From NCBI RefSeq assembly GCF_058153355.1, contig NZ_CM177019.1: DNA of 64,000 nucleotides; one strand, given 5' to 3'. Shown piece after piece: positions 42,745 to 59,812 of the stretch. Made by a program: the position numbers and the translations under genes. The notes beneath the pieces are model-generated. The model searched no databases. It was not told where the DNA came from and saw only the letters and a program-made list of their open reading frames with translations. Position 1 is the first letter of the stretch, and each line of letters opens with the position of its first letter.

Positions 42745-45186
42745 TCACTCTGCCACTTTTTTCTTCGCCGCACGCTTCGCTTTGGTCGCTGCGGCTATTT
42801 TCTGCGTTTTCGCCGATGGCTTTTTCGCTTTTCTCGCGTCTTTCTTCGCCGCTTTCGGCTTCGTTTTTTTCTCGCCGCGGAAAGCGCTGTCTGGCTCAAA
42901 GTTTACCTTTTTACCAACCTGACGACGCTTGCCGCCTTTTTTGCCTGCATCGCCTTTTTTCGCTTTCTCGCGAGCGGTTTTACCGACGTTGCGCGGTGCG
43001 CGTTCGCTGGAGATCAGGCTAAAGTCGATTTTGCGCTCGTCCATATTAACCGCTTCGACGCGAACTTCCACGCGATCGCCCAAGCGATAAGTCTGGCCGC
43101 TGGATTCACCCATCAGGCGTTGTCCCACCTGGTCAAAGCGATAGTAGTCATTGTCCAGCGAAGAGACGTGGACCAGACCATCGATGAACAAGTCATCCAG
43201 GCGAACAAAGAAGCCAAAGCCAGTGACACTGGAAATCACGCCTTTAAAGACGTTACCTACCTGGTCGAGCATGAAGTCACACTTCAGCCAGTCAGCCACA
43301 TCGCGCGTTGCTTCGTCGGCACGACGTTCCGCCATCGAACAGTGCTGACCCAGTTGCAGCATTTCTTCCATCGAATAATGGTAGCCGCCGGTTTCAGTGG
43401 TGTTGCCCTGATGCCCTTGCTCTTTCGCCAGCAGATACTTAATGGCGCGGTGTAGCGTCAGATCAGGATAACGACGAATCGGCGAAGTAAAGTGCGCATA
43501 GGACTGCAATGCCAGACCGAAGTGACCGCGGTTTTCCGGATCGTAAATCGCTTGTTTCATCGAGCGCAACAGCATGGTTTGCAGCATTTCTGCGTCAGGA
43601 CGGTCAGCAACCGATTCCAGCAGTTCCGCGTAGTCACGCGGTTCCGGCTTGTTACCGCCAGGCAATTCCAGCCCCAGTTCCGCCAGCACTGAACGGAAAG
43701 AGGTTATCGCTTCGGTGCTCGGCTTGTCGTGAATACGGAACAGTGCCGGTTCTTTGGCCTTCTCAACGAAACGCGCCGCCGAGATATTCGCCAGAATCAT
43801 GCACTCTTCAATTAACTTGTGTGCGTCGTTACGCTGGGTCTGTTCGATACGCTCAATACGGCGTTCAGCGTTGAAAATAAACTTCGCTTCTTCGCTCTCA
43901 AATGAGATCCCGCCGCGTTCTTCACGGGCTTTATCCAGCACTTTATAGAGGTTATGCAGCTCTTCGAGGTGCTTAACCAGCGGGGAGTACTGCTCGCGCA
44001 GATCCTGATCGCCCTGCAGAATATGCCAGACTTTGGTGTAGGTCAGACGAGCGTGAGAGCTCATCACCGCTTCATAGAATTTGTAGCCCGTCAGGCGACC
44101 TTTCGACGAAATGGTCATCTCACACACCATACACAGGCGGTCTACCTGCGGGTTGAGCGAGCACAGGCCGTTAGAGAGCACTTCCGGCAGCATCGGGATA
44201 ACCTGCGAAGGGAAGTACACCGACGTACCACGGTTACGCGCTTCTCTGTCCAGCGGTGTTGGCGGACGCACATAGTAGCTGACATCGGCAATTGCGACCC
44301 ACAAACGCCAGCCGCCGCCGCGTTTTTTCTCGCAGTAAACTGCATCGTCAAAGTCACGGGCGTCTTCGCCATCAATGGTGACCAGCGGTAAATCGCGCAG
44401 ATCGACACGGCCAGCTTTCGCCTCTTCCGGTACTTCTTCTTTCAGCCCGGCAACCTGTTGCTCAACAGCCTGCGGCCAGATGTACGGAATTTCATGGGTA
44501 CGCAGGGCGATATCAACCGCCATGCCAGTGCCCATATTATCGCCCAGCACTTCGACGATTTTACCCACCGCTTTGGTACGGCGAGTCGGGCGTTGGGTCA
44601 GTTCAACCACCACCACAAAGCCCATCCGCGCGCCCATGATCTGATCGGGCGGGATTAAGATATCGAAGCTCAAACGACTGTCGTCAGGAACCACAAAGCC
44701 GACACCCGCTTCGGTAAAGTAGCGACCAACAATCTGGCTGGTTTTTGGTACCAGTACGCGGACAATACGCGCTTCACGGCGGCCTTTACGGTCAGCGCCC
44801 AGCGGCTGTGCCAGCACCTGATCGCCATGAATGCATGTTTTCATCTGCTCGCTGGAGAGATACAAATCATCTTTACGCCCTTCAACCCGCAGAAAGCCGT
44901 AGCCATCACGGTGGCCAATAACGGTACCTTTCACCAGGTCGAGGCGTTCCGGCAGCGCATAGCACTGACGGCGAGTGAAGACCAGTTGACCATCGCGCTC
45001 CATCGCGCGCAGGCGGCGACGCAGGCCTTCAAGCTGCTCTTCGCCTTCAATGTGCAGTTCTACCGCCAGCTCATCACGGCTGGCCGGTTTTTCACGTTTG
45101 GTTAAATGTTCGAGGATAAATTCCCGACTAGGGATGGGATTCGCGTATTTTTCAGCTTCGCGTTCCTGGAAAGGATCTTGTGACAT
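42745..45186 (-). CDS. rnr: ribonuclease R
   Basis: 813 aa from [17 protein letters not shown] catalytic domain, S1 domain, Lys/Ala-rich basic C-terminal tail. Confidence 0.93.
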   Translation of the reverse strand: MSQDPFQEREAEKYANPIPSREFILEHLTKREKPASRDELAVELHIEGEEQLEGLRRRLRAMERDGQLVFTRRQCYALPERLDLVKGTVIGHRDGYGFLRVEGRKDDLYLSSEQMKTCIHGDQVLAQPLGADRKGRREARIVRVLVPKTSQIVGRYFTEAGVGFVVPDDSRLSFDILIPPDQIMGARMGFVVVVELTQRPTRRTKAVGKIVEVLGDNMGTGMAVDIALRTHEIPYIWPQAVEQQVAGLKEEVPEEAKAGRVDLRDLPLVTIDGEDARDFDDAVYCEKKRGGGWRLWVAIADVSYYVRPPTPLDREARNRGTSVYFPSQVIPMLPEVLSNGLCSLNPQVDRLCMVCEMTISSKGRLTGYKFYEAVMSSHARLTYTKVWHILQGDQDLREQYSPLVKHLEELHNLYKVLDKAREERGGISFESEEAKFIFNAERRIERIEQTQRNDAHKLIEECMILANISAARFVEKAKEPALFRIHDKPSTEAITSFRSVLAELGLELPGGNKPEPRDYAELLESVADRPDAEMLQTMLLRSMKQAIYDPENRGHFGLALQSYAHFTSPIRRYPDLTLHRAIKYLLAKEQGHQGNTTETGGYHYSMEEMLQLGQHCSMAERRADEATRDVADWLKCDFMLDQVGNVFKGVISSVTGFGFFVRLDDLFIDGLVHVSSLDNDYYRFDQVGQRLMGESSGQTYRLGDRVEVRVEAVNMDERKIDFSLISSERAPRNVGKTAREKAKKGDAGKKGGKRRQVGKKVNFEPDSAFRGEKKTKPKAAKKDARKAKKPSAKTQKIAAATKAKRAAKKKVAE

Positions 45187-45224
45187 CTCGGTTCCTCCGT
45201 TGTCATCTCTGATGAAGATTTTCG

Positions 45225-45650
45225 TCACTCCACCAGCAATAATTTATAAAGCGGTTGATTCTCTTCAACCAAATCGGCAAGCGTGTAGTTATCCAGTTCC
45301 GTAAGAAAACTTTGCACGGCCTTAGAAAGTGCCTGTTTCAACCGACAGGCAGGTGTAATGTGGCAAAACTCACTGCTGCAATTCACCAGCGATAAAGGTT
45401 CCAGCTCGCGCACCACATCACCAATACGTATCGCACTCGCCGGTTTCCCCAGGCGAATGCCGCCATTTTTTCCACGAACAGCAGTCACGTAGCCGGCACG
45501 ACTAAGTTGATTGATTATTTTGACCATATGATTACGGGAGACGCCGTAGACGTCAGTCACTTCAGAAATACTGGTCATCCGCCCTTCTGGCAATGACGCC
45601 ATGTAGATCAGCGCACGTAATCCGTAATCAGTGAAACTCGTTAACTGCAC
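45225..45650 (-). CDS. nsrR: NO-sensing Rrf2-family repressor
   Basis: 141 aa; N-terminal HTH, three C-terminal Cys. Confidence 0.93.
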
Positions 45651-45854
45651 ATCAACCTCAAAAGGGAAAGCGGGAAAAAATACATTTATATTGATGATAA
45701 ACCAGCCACAAGCTGTGTCGCTAATTTATTTCAGTTCGGGGAAGGAAAAAAGCGAGGATTTAACACTGTGTCGGATAGCGTAATGGCTTACCCGACACAG
45801 CAATGTATCACACTGTTAGCCCGGCAGGCAAAATATCTGCCAGGCGTACCAGAA

Positions 45855-47156
<1,302 letters not shown>

Positions 47157-47256
47157 TCAAAATCACCGTTTGCTTAAAAATGGATTCTACCATCGCTTTT
47201 TCAGAGTTACAGCACTTTTTGCACTCAAAAATGACCTCGATCAGTCTGTTTTTTGT

Positions 47257-47454
47257 TCAGCCAATCGTTTTCCTCAACATGTAGTAGACCACAACGCCCG
47301 CAACCACAAGTCCACCGCCAAAACGACGTAAAATATTATCGGGCAAATTGGTCATCGCAGCGATCATCTTCTTCCATGCCTTCGGGTAAAGCATCGGCCC
47401 TAAACCTTCCAGCACCAAAACCAGGGCAAGCGCCAGCCAGATTGTCGAATTCAT
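47257..47454 (-). CDS. yjeT: small membrane protein YjeT
   Basis: 65 aa, two hydrophobic segments. Confidence 0.8.
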   Translation of the reverse strand: MNSTIWLALALVLVLEGLGPMLYPKAWKKMIAAMTNLPDNILRRFGGGLVVAGVVVYYMLRKTIG

Positions 47455-47535
47455 TCATTATCCTTATAGAAAAAGAAAACCACCGACATCCCTGAGGATG
47501 CGGTGGCTTTATTGACCTGTACCGCAGTCGTTATA

Positions 47536-48540
47536 TTAACGCGTTGCGGAAGTCGGCGTCTTCATGTAGCGGAAGAAATCGCTGTCCGGGCTCATGACCA
47601 TCACGTCCTGATTGCCGGAGAAGCTGTTCTCATAAGCACGCAGGCTACGGATGAATGCGTAGAAGTCCGGATCTTTACTGAATGCATCAGCAAACAGTTT
47701 GGCTGCTTCTGCATCGCCTTCACCACGCATGATGCGGCCCTGACCCTCAGCTTCTGCCAGCGTTCTGGTCACTTCATAGTCGGCAGTCGCGCGCAGTTTT
47801 TCCGCTTCTTCCTGACCTTGTGAACGGTGACGACGTGCTACCGCTTCACGCTCGGCGCGCATACGGTTGTAGATCGCTTCAGACACTTCGGTCGGCAGGT
47901 TAATCTGCTTGATACGCACATCGACAACTTCAATACCCAGCGCCGCCATACTGTTCGGGTTGATGACCGGAACTTTGCCCTTCGTCTCAGCCGTTACGCG
48001 CTCTGCCGCTTCGGCAATGGCGTTATCCGCTGCCGGGGTAGTAACTTCATCTTCTGTACCCGCAGAACCGGAGTTTAGCGCGTCACGCACTTCCAGGGTC
48101 AGACGACCACGGGAATCGGTGACGATATCTTTAACATCCAGACGACCAATTTCAGAACGCAGACGGTCAGAGAACTTACGTTTCAATAGCACTTCCGCTT
48201 GCGAAATGTCGCCACCACCCGTTGCCAGGTAGTAACGGCTGAAATCGCTGATGCGCCATTTGATGTAAGAGTCGACGATCAGGTCTTTCTTCTCTTTGGT
48301 CACAAAGCGGTCGGCCTGGTTGTCCATGGTCTGAATACGTGCGTCGAGCATTTTCACCGTTTCAATGAACGGTATCTTGAAATGCAGACCCGGCTCATAA
48401 ACCAGAGGTTTGTTGTCATCGTCACGCAGTACCTTACCAAAACGCAGCGTAATACCGCGCTCACCTTCTTTGACGACAAAGACAGACATGTAAAGCACTA
48501 CCAGCACGATGATGATAATCGCGATAACTGACTTACGCAT
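47536..48540 (-). CDS. hflC: FtsH modulator HflC (SPFH/band 7)
   Basis: 334 aa. Confidence 0.95.
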   Translation of the reverse strand: MRKSVIAIIIIVLVVLYMSVFVVKEGERGITLRFGKVLRDDDNKPLVYEPGLHFKIPFIETVKMLDARIQTMDNQADRFVTKEKKDLIVDSYIKWRISDFSRYYLATGGGDISQAEVLLKRKFSDRLRSEIGRLDVKDIVTDSRGRLTLEVRDALNSGSAGTEDEVTTPAADNAIAEAAERVTAETKGKVPVINPNSMAALGIEVVDVRIKQINLPTEVSEAIYNRMRAEREAVARRHRSQGQEEAEKLRATADYEVTRTLAEAEGQGRIMRGEGDAEAAKLFADAFSKDPDFYAFIRSLRAYENSFSGNQDVMVMSPDSDFFRYMKTPTSATR

Positions 48541-48542
48541 CG

Positions 48543-49802
48543 TTATTCCCCCTGACGCTGGTAGTCGTTACGCTGCGCGTTAGCGCGGCGTTGGTCCATA
48601 ATATCGCCCTGACTGGTGGACGACGTGTTGCTTGCTCCACTGGTTGTGGAGGAAGAGGCTGGCGGCAGACGCAGCAGATTGCTGGCACCGTTATCGCTCT
48701 TCGCCGCAGGGGCGTTACCACCTTTCAGCATCTGGTCTAACGGCAGAACCATCAGGTTGCCACCTTTATCGTTAACCAGCACTTTGCGGGTGTTGCCCAA
48801 CACTTTTTCCATCGTCTCGATATACAGACGCTCGCGGGTAATTTCCGGCGCAGCTTTATATTCCGGCAGAAGTTTAGCAAAGCGTGCCACTTCACCCTGG
48901 GCTTCCAGGATAGTCTGAGCCTTGTACGCACGCGCCTCTTCGAGGATACGTTGCGCCTGACCGTTCGCACGCGGCTGAACTTCGTTGGTATACGCTTCTG
49001 CTTCACGAATGTATTGCTGTTCGTTTTCACGCGCGGCAATCGCATCGTCAAACGCCGCTTTTACTTCTTCCGGCGGACGAGCTGCCTGGAAGTTGACGTC
49101 CAGCAGAGTGATACCCATGTCATACGGACGAATCGTCTCTTCCAGTTCGCGCTGAGTATCGCTACGAATCACGGTACGACCTTCCGTCAGAATGCGGTCC
49201 ATGGTGTATTTACCGATAACCCCACGCAGGGCGCTGTCGGTAGCCTGACGCAGGCTGTCATCCGGGCTGGTCACGCTATACAGATATTTTTCCGGATTGG
49301 TGACGCGGTACTGTACGTTCATCTCAACGCGCACCACGTTTTCGTCCGACGTCAGCATCACACCGGAAGCAGCCAGTTCACGCACGGCTTCCACGTTCAC
49401 CGGTTTGACTTCGTCGATAAACGTCGGTTTCCAGTTCAGACCCGGCTCAACCAGATGGCTGAATTTACCAAAGCGTGTTACCACGCCGCGTTCGGCTTCT
49501 TTAATGGTGTAGAAACCACTGGCCGCCCAAATAATGACAATCGCTGCCGCTGCGATGGTAACGACACGACCGCCAAGCTGCGGGCGCGGGCCTTGCGATG
49601 AATTACCACCGCCAGATCCGGTGCCTTTACCGCCGCCCAGACCACCGAGCTTTTTGCTCAGTTTGCGGAAGATATCATCTAAATCAGGTGGCCCTTGATC
49701 GCGACCGCCTTTGTTTCCATTTCCCTCAGAGTTGCCGCCAAGTTTGCTGCTTCCCCACGGGTCGCGGTCTTGTCCGTTATTACCGGGCTGATTCCACGCC
49801 AT
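48543..49802 (-). CDS. hflK: FtsH modulator HflK (SPFH/band 7)
   Basis: 419 aa; Gly-rich N-terminus. Confidence 0.95.
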   Translation of the reverse strand: MAWNQPGNNGQDRDPWGSSKLGGNSEGNGNKGGRDQGPPDLDDIFRKLSKKLGGLGGGKGTGSGGGNSSQGPRPQLGGRVVTIAAAAIVIIWAASGFYTIKEAERGVVTRFGKFSHLVEPGLNWKPTFIDEVKPVNVEAVRELAASGVMLTSDENVVRVEMNVQYRVTNPEKYLYSVTSPDDSLRQATDSALRGVIGKYTMDRILTEGRTVIRSDTQRELEETIRPYDMGITLLDVNFQAARPPEEVKAAFDDAIAARENEQQYIREAEAYTNEVQPRANGQAQRILEEARAYKAQTILEAQGEVARFAKLLPEYKAAPEITRERLYIETMEKVLGNTRKVLVNDKGGNLMVLPLDQMLKGGNAPAAKSDNGASNLLRLPPASSSTTSGASNTSSTSQGDIMDQRRANAQRNDYQRQGE

Positions 49803-49887
49803 GTTTGTGCTCCATATTTGTTATGCGGTGATCCCTGTTGTCTTTCGACGCCAGAGGATATGACTCCACGCTTCAGACGCTACGCCG

Positions 49888-51168
49888 TTAGATCAAGTAA
49901 TCGATCAACGCCGGTTCTTGTTTGCAGAGGCGACGCCAGTCAACGATCGGCATACGAACTTGCAGACTTACGCTGCCGTCCTCCTCCATCCACTCTTTTT
50001 CTATTGCCTGAAGCTGATAAAAACGACTTCTCAGACGCCCTTCCTGCGGCGGCAGACGCAATGTATGCTGCGCCACCTCGCCGGAAAGCCGCTCCGTCAA
50101 AGCCTGAAAAAGCTGTGGTATCCCCGCTCCGGTCTGCGCAGAAAGCCAGACACGGATCGGTTTGTTCTCTTCGTCCCGATCAATACGCGGTTCAAAATCT
50201 TCCAGCATATCGATCTTGTTCATCACCAGCAGGGTTGGGATCTCGTGAGCATCGATCTCTTCAAGAACCGTATTCACCGCTTCGATGTTTTCTTGTACTC
50301 GCACATCTGCCGCGTCAATGACGTGCAGCAGCAATGTGGCTTGCCGCGTCTCTTGTAACGTGGCTTTAAATGCCGCCACCAGATCGTGCGGCAGGTGGCG
50401 AATAAACCCTACGGTATCTGCCAGCACGGTTTCACCGACATCCGCGACGTCAATACGCCGCAACGTCGGGTCGAGGGTGGCAAACAACTGGTCTGCCGCA
50501 TAGACCCGCGCTTCGGTGATGCGATTGAAAAGGGTAGATTTACCGGCGTTGGTATATCCCACCAGCGAAACAGTAGGAACGTCGGCTTTGATACGCGATT
50601 GCCGCCCCTGCTCACGCTGTTTTTCAACTCTTTCCAGGCGCGACTGTATCTGCACGATGCGATTACGCAACAAACGACGGTCGGTTTCGAGCTGGGTTTC
50701 ACCCGGACCACGCAAACCGATCCCGCCTTTCTGTCTTTCAAGGTGGGTCCAGCCACGCACCAGGCGCGTAGCCAGATGGCGCAACTGCGCCAGCTCAACC
50801 TGCAACTTACCCTCATGGGTACGCGCACGTTGGGCGAAAATATCTAAAATAAGGCCGGTGCGGTCGATAACACGACACTCGCACAAACGCTCCAGGTTAC
50901 GCTCTTGCGCCGGGCTCAGGGCATGGTCAAAAAGAACGACCGAAGCACCCGTCGCTTTGACAGCTTCCGCAATTTCAACTGCTTTACCTTCACCTACAAA
51001 ATACTTTGGGTGCGGCGCTTTACGGCTACCGGTAATCACCTGCAATGCTTCGACACCGGCGGAAGAAACCAGAGATTCAAACTCCTGGAGGTCTTCCATA
51101 TCTTTGTCTTGCGTAAAATAGATGTGTACCAGTACCGCCTGCTCACCAGCATCATAACGGTCAAACAA
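49888..51168 (-). CDS. hflX: ribosome-associated GTPase HflX
   Basis: 426 aa; G1 motif [12 protein letters not shown]. Confidence 0.95.
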   Translation of the reverse strand: MFDRYDAGEQAVLVHIYFTQDKDMEDLQEFESLVSSAGVEALQVITGSRKAPHPKYFVGEGKAVEIAEAVKATGASVVLFDHALSPAQERNLERLCECRVIDRTGLILDIFAQRARTHEGKLQVELAQLRHLATRLVRGWTHLERQKGGIGLRGPGETQLETDRRLLRNRIVQIQSRLERVEKQREQGRQSRIKADVPTVSLVGYTNAGKSTLFNRITEARVYAADQLFATLDPTLRRIDVADVGETVLADTVGFIRHLPHDLVAAFKATLQETRQATLLLHVIDAADVRVQENIEAVNTVLEEIDAHEIPTLLVMNKIDMLEDFEPRIDRDEENKPIRVWLSAQTGAGIPQLFQALTERLSGEVAQHTLRLPPQEGRLRSRFYQLQAIEKEWMEEDGSVSLQVRMPIVDWRRLCKQEPALIDYLI

Positions 51169-51244
51169 GCGTATAACCCTCTAAATAGATCAGCGGGGAA
51201 CGCAGGATCGCTGGCTCCCCGTGTAAAAAAAACAGCATGAAACC

Positions 51245-51565
<321 letters not shown>

Positions 51566-51638
51566 TTATATGCTTATTTGTACTTTGAACCTTTCGATTC
51601 TGAAAAAATTGCGCACGATACGTCTCAATTGTACACAT

Positions 51639-52589
51639 TCAGCCTGCGATAGCACCAACAACCTGTAATACTTCGTCACGCGCCTGTTCTGGTTTTTCAC
51701 TGTCAAGCCAGTGAACCCCTTCCCAACCACGCAGCCAGGTTATCTGCCGCTTCGCCAACTGTCTCGTGGCGCAAACACCTCGATAAACCATTTCATCGTA
51801 TGAGATTTCGCCTTCAAGGTAAGACCACATCTGGCGATAACCCACGCAACGAATGGAAGGCAAGTCCGTATGCAAATCTCCTCGGGCAAAAAGCGCCCGG
51901 ACTTCTGCTTCAAAACCTGAAGCCAACATCTGATGAAAACGCTGCTCAATTCGTTGATGGAGCAGTTCACGGCTCGCCGGGGCGATGGCGAACTGATGCA
52001 CCTGATACGGTAGAGCGTCTCCTGACGTTTGCGTCAGTTCCGTTAAAGTTTTACCCGAAATGAAAAAAACTTCCAGTGCCCGGGAAAGCCTTTGTGGATC
52101 ATTTGGATGAATCCTTGCTGCCGCAACCGGATCGATCTCCTGAAGTTGACGATGCAATGACTCCCAACCTTGCTCTGCCGCCTGTTGCTCAATTCTGGCC
52201 CGCACTTCGGAGTCCGCCGACGGTAGCGGCGACAACCCTTCCAGCAATGCCTTGAAATACAACATCGTACCGCCCACTAATAGTGGGATCCGCCCCGCCG
52301 CGGTGATATCGGCCATTTCCGCCAGCGCATCGCGGCGAAAATCAGCGGCCGAATAAGCCTGCGACGGATCGCGAATATCCAGCAATCGGTGCGGCGCGGC
52401 GAGTAACTCTTCAGCGTTCGGCTTCGCCGTCCCGATATCCATCCCTTTGTAAATAAGGGCAGAATCAACGCTTATCAACTCTACTGGTAAAATTTTACGC
52501 AGCTCAATGGCTAACGCCGTTTTACCGGAGGCCGTCGGCCCCATCAAAAAAATCGCCTTAGGCAGGCTCGCCTTACTGATATCACTCAT
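51639..52589 (-). CDS. miaA: tRNA dimethylallyltransferase
   Basis: 316 aa; P-loop GPTASGKT. Confidence 0.96.
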   Translation of the reverse strand: MSDISKASLPKAIFLMGPTASGKTALAIELRKILPVELISVDSALIYKGMDIGTAKPNAEELLAAPHRLLDIRDPSQAYSAADFRRDALAEMADITAAGRIPLLVGGTMLYFKALLEGLSPLPSADSEVRARIEQQAAEQGWESLHRQLQEIDPVAAARIHPNDPQRLSRALEVFFISGKTLTELTQTSGDALPYQVHQFAIAPASRELLHQRIEQRFHQMLASGFEAEVRALFARGDLHTDLPSIRCVGYRQMWSYLEGEISYDEMVYRGVCATRQLAKRQITWLRGWEGVHWLDSEKPEQARDEVLQVVGAIAG

Positions 52590-54432
52590 CTTTCAGGGCT
52601 TTTATCGCCGGATGTAAATCAACAGATTGTAACAGACCACCCGGCGGCGTTTTCACAAGTTGCGGACATAACCGTTCCACGTCCGCCAGCAGGGTGATGG
52701 CCTGTGCCATTGACCACTGCGCATGTTCGCTCATCAGATTTCGTGCAATCCACTGCGCAATATTGCCAGGTTCGAATATGGACTGCTTCGCCAGGTAGCC
52801 TATCAGTTCAGGAATCAAGATTTGTAAATTTTGTTGGCGTAAGGGTAAAGGCACGGCCCTGATGGTCACATACTGTGCATCGGACTGGAAATCAATACCC
52901 AATTCCGCCAGGGCAGACTGCGCTTTTTCTAATGCCGATTTTTCTTCGCCAGAAACTTTTAGCCGCAACGGAATAAGCAACGGCTGAGCGCAAACTGGCG
53001 TTTCACCCGGCGTCAACTGCGCCTGACGCAGCCAACGTTCTGCCACTGGCAGGGCTAAAAGTGAAATGTTGCCGTCGCGCTCCAGCAACGCACAGTCGGA
53101 ATGGACGATAGTCAGTACCCGACCAAAACTCTGACTGTTCGCCGCAAGCGCTGGCTCCTGCGGTTCAGGTGCTTTTGGTTTTTGCATCGGCGCAGGCGTT
53201 TGCAAAAGCTGGCGATACACTTCACCTTGCTGTTTCTGGTAGCCTGGCTGCGCATTCGGCCAGGAAGCTGCTGGACGACCACCAGAGGCGGGCGCAGGAG
53301 AGTAGCGGGGGGCTACCGGTTCACGAACTGCCGGTTCAGCAAAATGATTACGCCCGGCGGCCACGCGGTTCTCCGGAATGGTGCGCGGTGCAGGTTGAGG
53401 TTCATCGTCCAGTGGCAGCGGCGTTTCCAGCTGTTGTTGTAGCACACTCAGCACGCCCTGATAGATAAAGTCGTGCACCAGACGCGACTGATGGAAACGC
53501 ACTTCGTGTTTGGTGGGGTGCACGTTGACGTCCACTTGATGTGGGTCGATCTCCAGATACAACACAAATGCCGGTTGCTGATCGGCACCCAGTTTGTTTT
53601 CGCAGGCCTGACGGATCGCATGATTGATCAGGCGATCGCGCATCATGCGACCATTCACGTAGCAATACTGAATTTCTGCCAGTGTGGGCGTGGTGTGGTT
53701 TGGATCTGCCACCCAACCGCGCAGCGTGAGATCGCCGTGCTGCCATTCAATCGCCAGCGCATGTTCGAGAAAAGCGGTGCCGCAAATCGCGCCTAAACGC
53801 CGTTCTTTTTGCCCGCCTTCCGGCACTGCACGATACTGACGCACAATTTTTCCGTTATGCGACAGGTTAATAGTGACGTCGAAACGCGCCAGCGCAATGC
53901 GGCGGATGATTTCATCAATATGGTTAAATTCGGTTTTCTCGGTACGCAGGAATTTGCGCCGCGCCGGGGTATTGTAGAACAGATCCAGCACTTCCAGCGT
54001 CGTTCCCACCGGATGCGCCGCAGGTTTAACCGTCACGTCCATATCGCGCCCTTCGGCATACGCTTGCCATGCCTCCTGCTGTTCTGCGGTGCGTGAAGTG
54101 AGCGTCAGGCGGGAAACCGAACTGATACTCGCCAGCGCCTCACCGCGAAAGCCCAGGCTGATAATGGCTTCGAGATCGTCCAGAGAGGCGATTTTACTGG
54201 TGGCATGACGAGCCAGCGCCAGCGCCAGCTCATCTTTTTTGATACCGCAGCCGTTATCACGAATGCGGATAAGTTTCGCCCCACCGCGTTCGATATCAAT
54301 ATCAATACGCGTCGCACCCGCATCGAGGCTGTTTTCCACCAGTTCTTTGACTACCGACGCAGGTCGCTCGACCACCTCACCTGCGGCAATCTGGTTCGCC
54401 AGTTGTGGCGGTAAGACCTGAATTGGCATCAA
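52582..54432 (-). CDS. mutL: DNA mismatch repair protein MutL
   Basis: about 615 aa; GHKL ATPase N-terminus; overlaps miaA start by 8 nt. Confidence 0.96.
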   Translation of the reverse strand: MMPIQVLPPQLANQIAAGEVVERPASVVKELVENSLDAGATRIDIDIERGGAKLIRIRDNGCGIKKDELALALARHATSKIASLDDLEAIISLGFRGEALASISSVSRLTLTSRTAEQQEAWQAYAEGRDMDVTVKPAAHPVGTTLEVLDLFYNTPARRKFLRTEKTEFNHIDEIIRRIALARFDVTINLSHNGKIVRQYRAVPEGGQKERRLGAICGTAFLEHALAIEWQHGDLTLRGWVADPNHTTPTLAEIQYCYVNGRMMRDRLINHAIRQACENKLGADQQPAFVLYLEIDPHQVDVNVHPTKHEVRFHQSRLVHDFIYQGVLSVLQQQLETPLPLDDEPQPAPRTIPENRVAAGRNHFAEPAVREPVAPRYSPAPASGGRPAASWPNAQPGYQKQQGEVYRQLLQTPAPMQKPKAPEPQEPALAANSQSFGRVLTIVHSDCALLERDGNISLLALPVAERWLRQAQLTPGETPVCAQPLLIPLRLKVSGEEKSALEKAQSALAELGIDFQSDAQYVTIRAVPLPLRQQNLQILIPELIGYLAKQSIFEPGNIAQWIARNLMSEHAQWSMAQAITLLADVERLCPQLVKTPPGGLLQSVDLHPAIKALKDE

Positions 54433-54438
54433 TCATCC

Positions 54439-55776
54439 TTAGTTTGGCAGCGTGCGATCTGGCGTCGTCACCGTGCTGGCCGTTTGTGCCGTTGCCCCCT
54501 GCGGCGCAGATTGCATCGGATGCGCAAGGAAATAATTGCGCAGGCCTTTGTAAATGGCTTCTGCCAGCTGTTGTTGGTAATCGTCGCTCGCCAGCAAACG
54601 TTCTTCGCTGTTGTTGCTGATAAAACCGGTTTCGACCAGTACTGATGGGATATCCGGCGAACGCAGAACGCCAAGGCTGGCGTGTTCTGGTCGACGTTTA
54701 TGAATTTCGCCGATGCGTTGCAACTGACTGATCATACTGGTCGCCACATCATACCCTACCCGCTGGGAATGACCGAACTGTAAATCCAGCACCGCCTGGC
54801 TTAAATAGGGGTCAGACTGACTGTTCGCCAGCACATCGCCCGCCCCGCCCAGCAGCTCCGACTGTTTCTCATGCTGCTCCAGCCAGCTGGCCATTTCGCT
54901 GTTGGCGCGACGGTTAGAGAGCACCCATACGGAAGCGCCAGTCGCACTGCGGTTCGGTGCGGCATCAGCGTGAATCGACACGAGGAAATTGGCGTTTTGC
55001 TTACGTGCCACATCGCTGCGCCCCATCACCGAGATAAAGTAATCCCCGTCACGGGTTAAAACGCCTTTAAACATCGGATCGTCATTGAGCAAAGTACGCA
55101 ATTTACGTGCGATGGCGATGGTGACATTTTTCTCCCGCGTACCACCGGGGCCGATAGCGCCAGGGTCCTGACCACCGTGTCCTGCATCAATAGCGATGAT
55201 AATTTTATCGCCAGTGTTAGCCGTCGCGCGCGCTGCCGGACGCGTTACCGTATTACTGCTGATAACACCCATAGTGCGGTTACTTTCCGTTTTAAACGGA
55301 TTGCGCGCTGGTTCGCTGACGCGCGGTGCGACAACCGCAGGCGTTTCAACGCGTTTCGCAACCACAGGCGTCGGAGGAGGCAGTGGCGGCACATCGGCGT
55401 TAATCGTAAAGACGACAGTGTAATTGCTACCATTCTGCCGCTTCACCGCTTCGGTTTTACCGTTTTCGGTGAGATCGACCACCAGCCGTAGCGTTTGTGC
55501 ATCTTTAGGCGTTCCAGAGCGAATCGCCTTCACCAGATTATTACCGCTGAACAACAACGGTAGCCCCTGAATCACGCCCGTTTGTTTGATATCGAGCGCC
55601 ACGGTGCGTTTGTTTTGATGGCTAAATGCGTAATCAGGATCGCCAGTAAAACTCAATGTTATTCGCGCCTGTTGATTACCGTTAGAAACCTGAATATCAG
55701 AGAGCGTCGCCGCACCCACCTGCGCGCACAGCAGCAGCAGCGTCGCTACCAACCAATTTCTGATGCGATACATCAT
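54439..55776 (-). CDS. amiB: N-acetylmuramoyl-L-alanine amidase AmiB
   Basis: 445 aa from MMYRIRNWL; signal peptide, Amidase_3 domain. Confidence 0.93.
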   Translation of the reverse strand: MMYRIRNWLVATLLLLCAQVGAATLSDIQVSNGNQQARITLSFTGDPDYAFSHQNKRTVALDIKQTGVIQGLPLLFSGNNLVKAIRSGTPKDAQTLRLVVDLTENGKTEAVKRQNGSNYTVVFTINADVPPLPPPTPVVAKRVETPAVVAPRVSEPARNPFKTESNRTMGVISSNTVTRPAARATANTGDKIIIAIDAGHGGQDPGAIGPGGTREKNVTIAIARKLRTLLNDDPMFKGVLTRDGDYFISVMGRSDVARKQNANFLVSIHADAAPNRSATGASVWVLSNRRANSEMASWLEQHEKQSELLGGAGDVLANSQSDPYLSQAVLDLQFGHSQRVGYDVATSMISQLQRIGEIHKRRPEHASLGVLRSPDIPSVLVETGFISNNSEERLLASDDYQQQLAEAIYKGLRNYFLAHPMQSAPQGATAQTASTVTTPDRTLPN

Positions 55777-55794
55777 CCCGCCACCTTTCAAAGG

Positions 55795-57773
<1,979 letters not shown>

Positions 57774-57775
<2 letters not shown>

Positions 57776-58913
57776 GTCAGAGCCCCTCGATCTCAATCAG
57801 TTAGCGCAAAAAATTAAACAGTGGGGGCTGGAACTGGGCTTTCAGCAGGTAGGTATTACCGATACCGATCTCAGCGCGTCCGAGCCCAAACTGCAAGCAT
57901 GGCTGGACAAACAATACCACGGCGAAATGGACTGGATGGCGCGTCACGGTATGCTGCGCGCCCGCCCCCATGAGTTATTGCCCGGTACGCTGCGCGTCAT
58001 CAGCGTGCGGATGAATTACCTTCCTGCTAACGCCGCATTTGCCAGCACGCTGAAAAACCCCAAACTCGGCTATGTAAGTCGTTATGCGTTGGGCCGTGAC
58101 TATCACAAACTTCTGCGCAACCGACTCAAAAAGCTGGGCGAGATGATTCAGCAACATTGTGTTTCGCTGAATTTTAGACCGTTTGTCGATTCTGCGCCTA
58201 TTCTCGAGCGCCCGTTAGCTGAAAAAGCAGGTCTTGGCTGGACAGGTAAGCACTCACTTATCCTCAATCGCGAGGCCGGTTCGTTCTTCTTTTTAGGTGA
58301 ATTACTGGTCGATATTCCGCTGCCCGTGGATCAACCGGTCGAGGAAGGATGCGGTAAATGCGTGGCTTGTATGACGATTTGCCCGACCGGCGCCATCGTC
58401 GAGCCATATACCGTCGATGCTCGCCGCTGTATCTCTTATCTCACCATTGAACTGGAAGGGGCGATCCCGGAAGAGCTGCGTCCATTGATGGGAAACCGTA
58501 TTTACGGTTGCGATGACTGCCAGCTTATCTGCCCATGGAATCGCTATTCGCAACTCACTACAGAAGACGATTTCAGCCCGCGCAAACCACTACACGCACC
58601 GGAACTCATTGAGTTATTCGCCTGGAGTGAAGAGACGTTTTTAAAAGTCACGGAAGGTTCGGCGATTCGCCGTATAGGTCACCTGCGTTGGCTGCGTAAT
58701 ATCGCCGTGGCATTAGGCAATGCCCCCTGGGATAAAACGATTTTGACAGCGCTGGAAAGTCGTAAAGGTGAGCACCCACTTCTTGATGAGCACATAGCGT
58801 GGGCGATTGCGCAGCAAATCGAGAGGCGAAATGCGTGCGTCGTAGAGGTACAACTACCGAAAAAACAGCGTCTGGTTCGCGTGATTGAAAAAGGGTTACC
58901 GCGTGACGCCTGA
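57774..58913 (+). CDS. queG: epoxyqueuosine reductase
   Basis: 379 aa from MSEPLDLNQ; 4Fe-4S motif CGKCVACMTICPTGA; track ORF 57666 is a 5' extension. Confidence 0.9.
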
Positions 58914-59172
58914 TTCATCCACAGCTTGTGAATAAAAATAAAAACGCATTGCAATTCAAGGCGAATAAAATCGTCAAGTGATCGACTCGACAAAACGAGA
59001 TCTTAATTTTCAACCTATATATCAATAAGTTAAAAAAATACTATTCACCGTGCGAAGTTTCTTTGAAATTAAGATTACGACATGAGGCTGTGGATAACTC
59101 TGTTTACAAGAGTTTGTCAGAGACAACAAAAACCAGCAATAACGCATCGCGTCGCTGTGGATATTTTATTGA

Positions 59173-59258
<86 letters not shown>

Positions 59259-59293
59259 TTGGGTGGTCTGTGCTTTGCAGCACTTTCAAATTT

Positions 59294-59369
<76 letters not shown>

Positions 59370-59526
59370 TTAATCTTCGTCTTTCGAACCGCTACTGCCT
59401 TGGCTGCCTTCACTCACCTTAGTCACTTACTTTTGTAAGCTCCCAAGGATTCGTTCAGTTGCCGCCTTGTCGCAATTCGAAATACTGCGATTGGGTGGTC
59501 TGTGCTTTGCAGCACTTTTCAAATTT

Positions 59527-59602
<76 letters not shown>

Positions 59603-59812
59603 GTACTGCTTAATTTTGCTTTCGTAATTTTCGCATTTCTGCGTCGTTACGGGAGGCGCATTATACGAGAAATCTTTCCCTCTGCAACCCCCCTAAAAAA
59701 TTTTTTTTGAGTTTTTATCTCAAGTGCTGAAATTATCAGCAAGACGTTCAATTTAGCGTCAAAATCACGCCGCCGCAAGTGGATTCCGGCGCTTACGTGA
59801 CCAGGAAAAATT

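Noticed and set aside
42745-43000. Lys/Ala-rich low-complexity 3' end of rnr
   Set aside because: This is the known basic C-terminal tail of RNase R, not a frameshift or fusion.
48543-49802. Gly-rich low-complexity N-terminus of hflK, and Gly/Ser-rich C-terminus of yjfM
   Set aside because: Known compositional features of these proteins, not repeats or sequencing artefacts.
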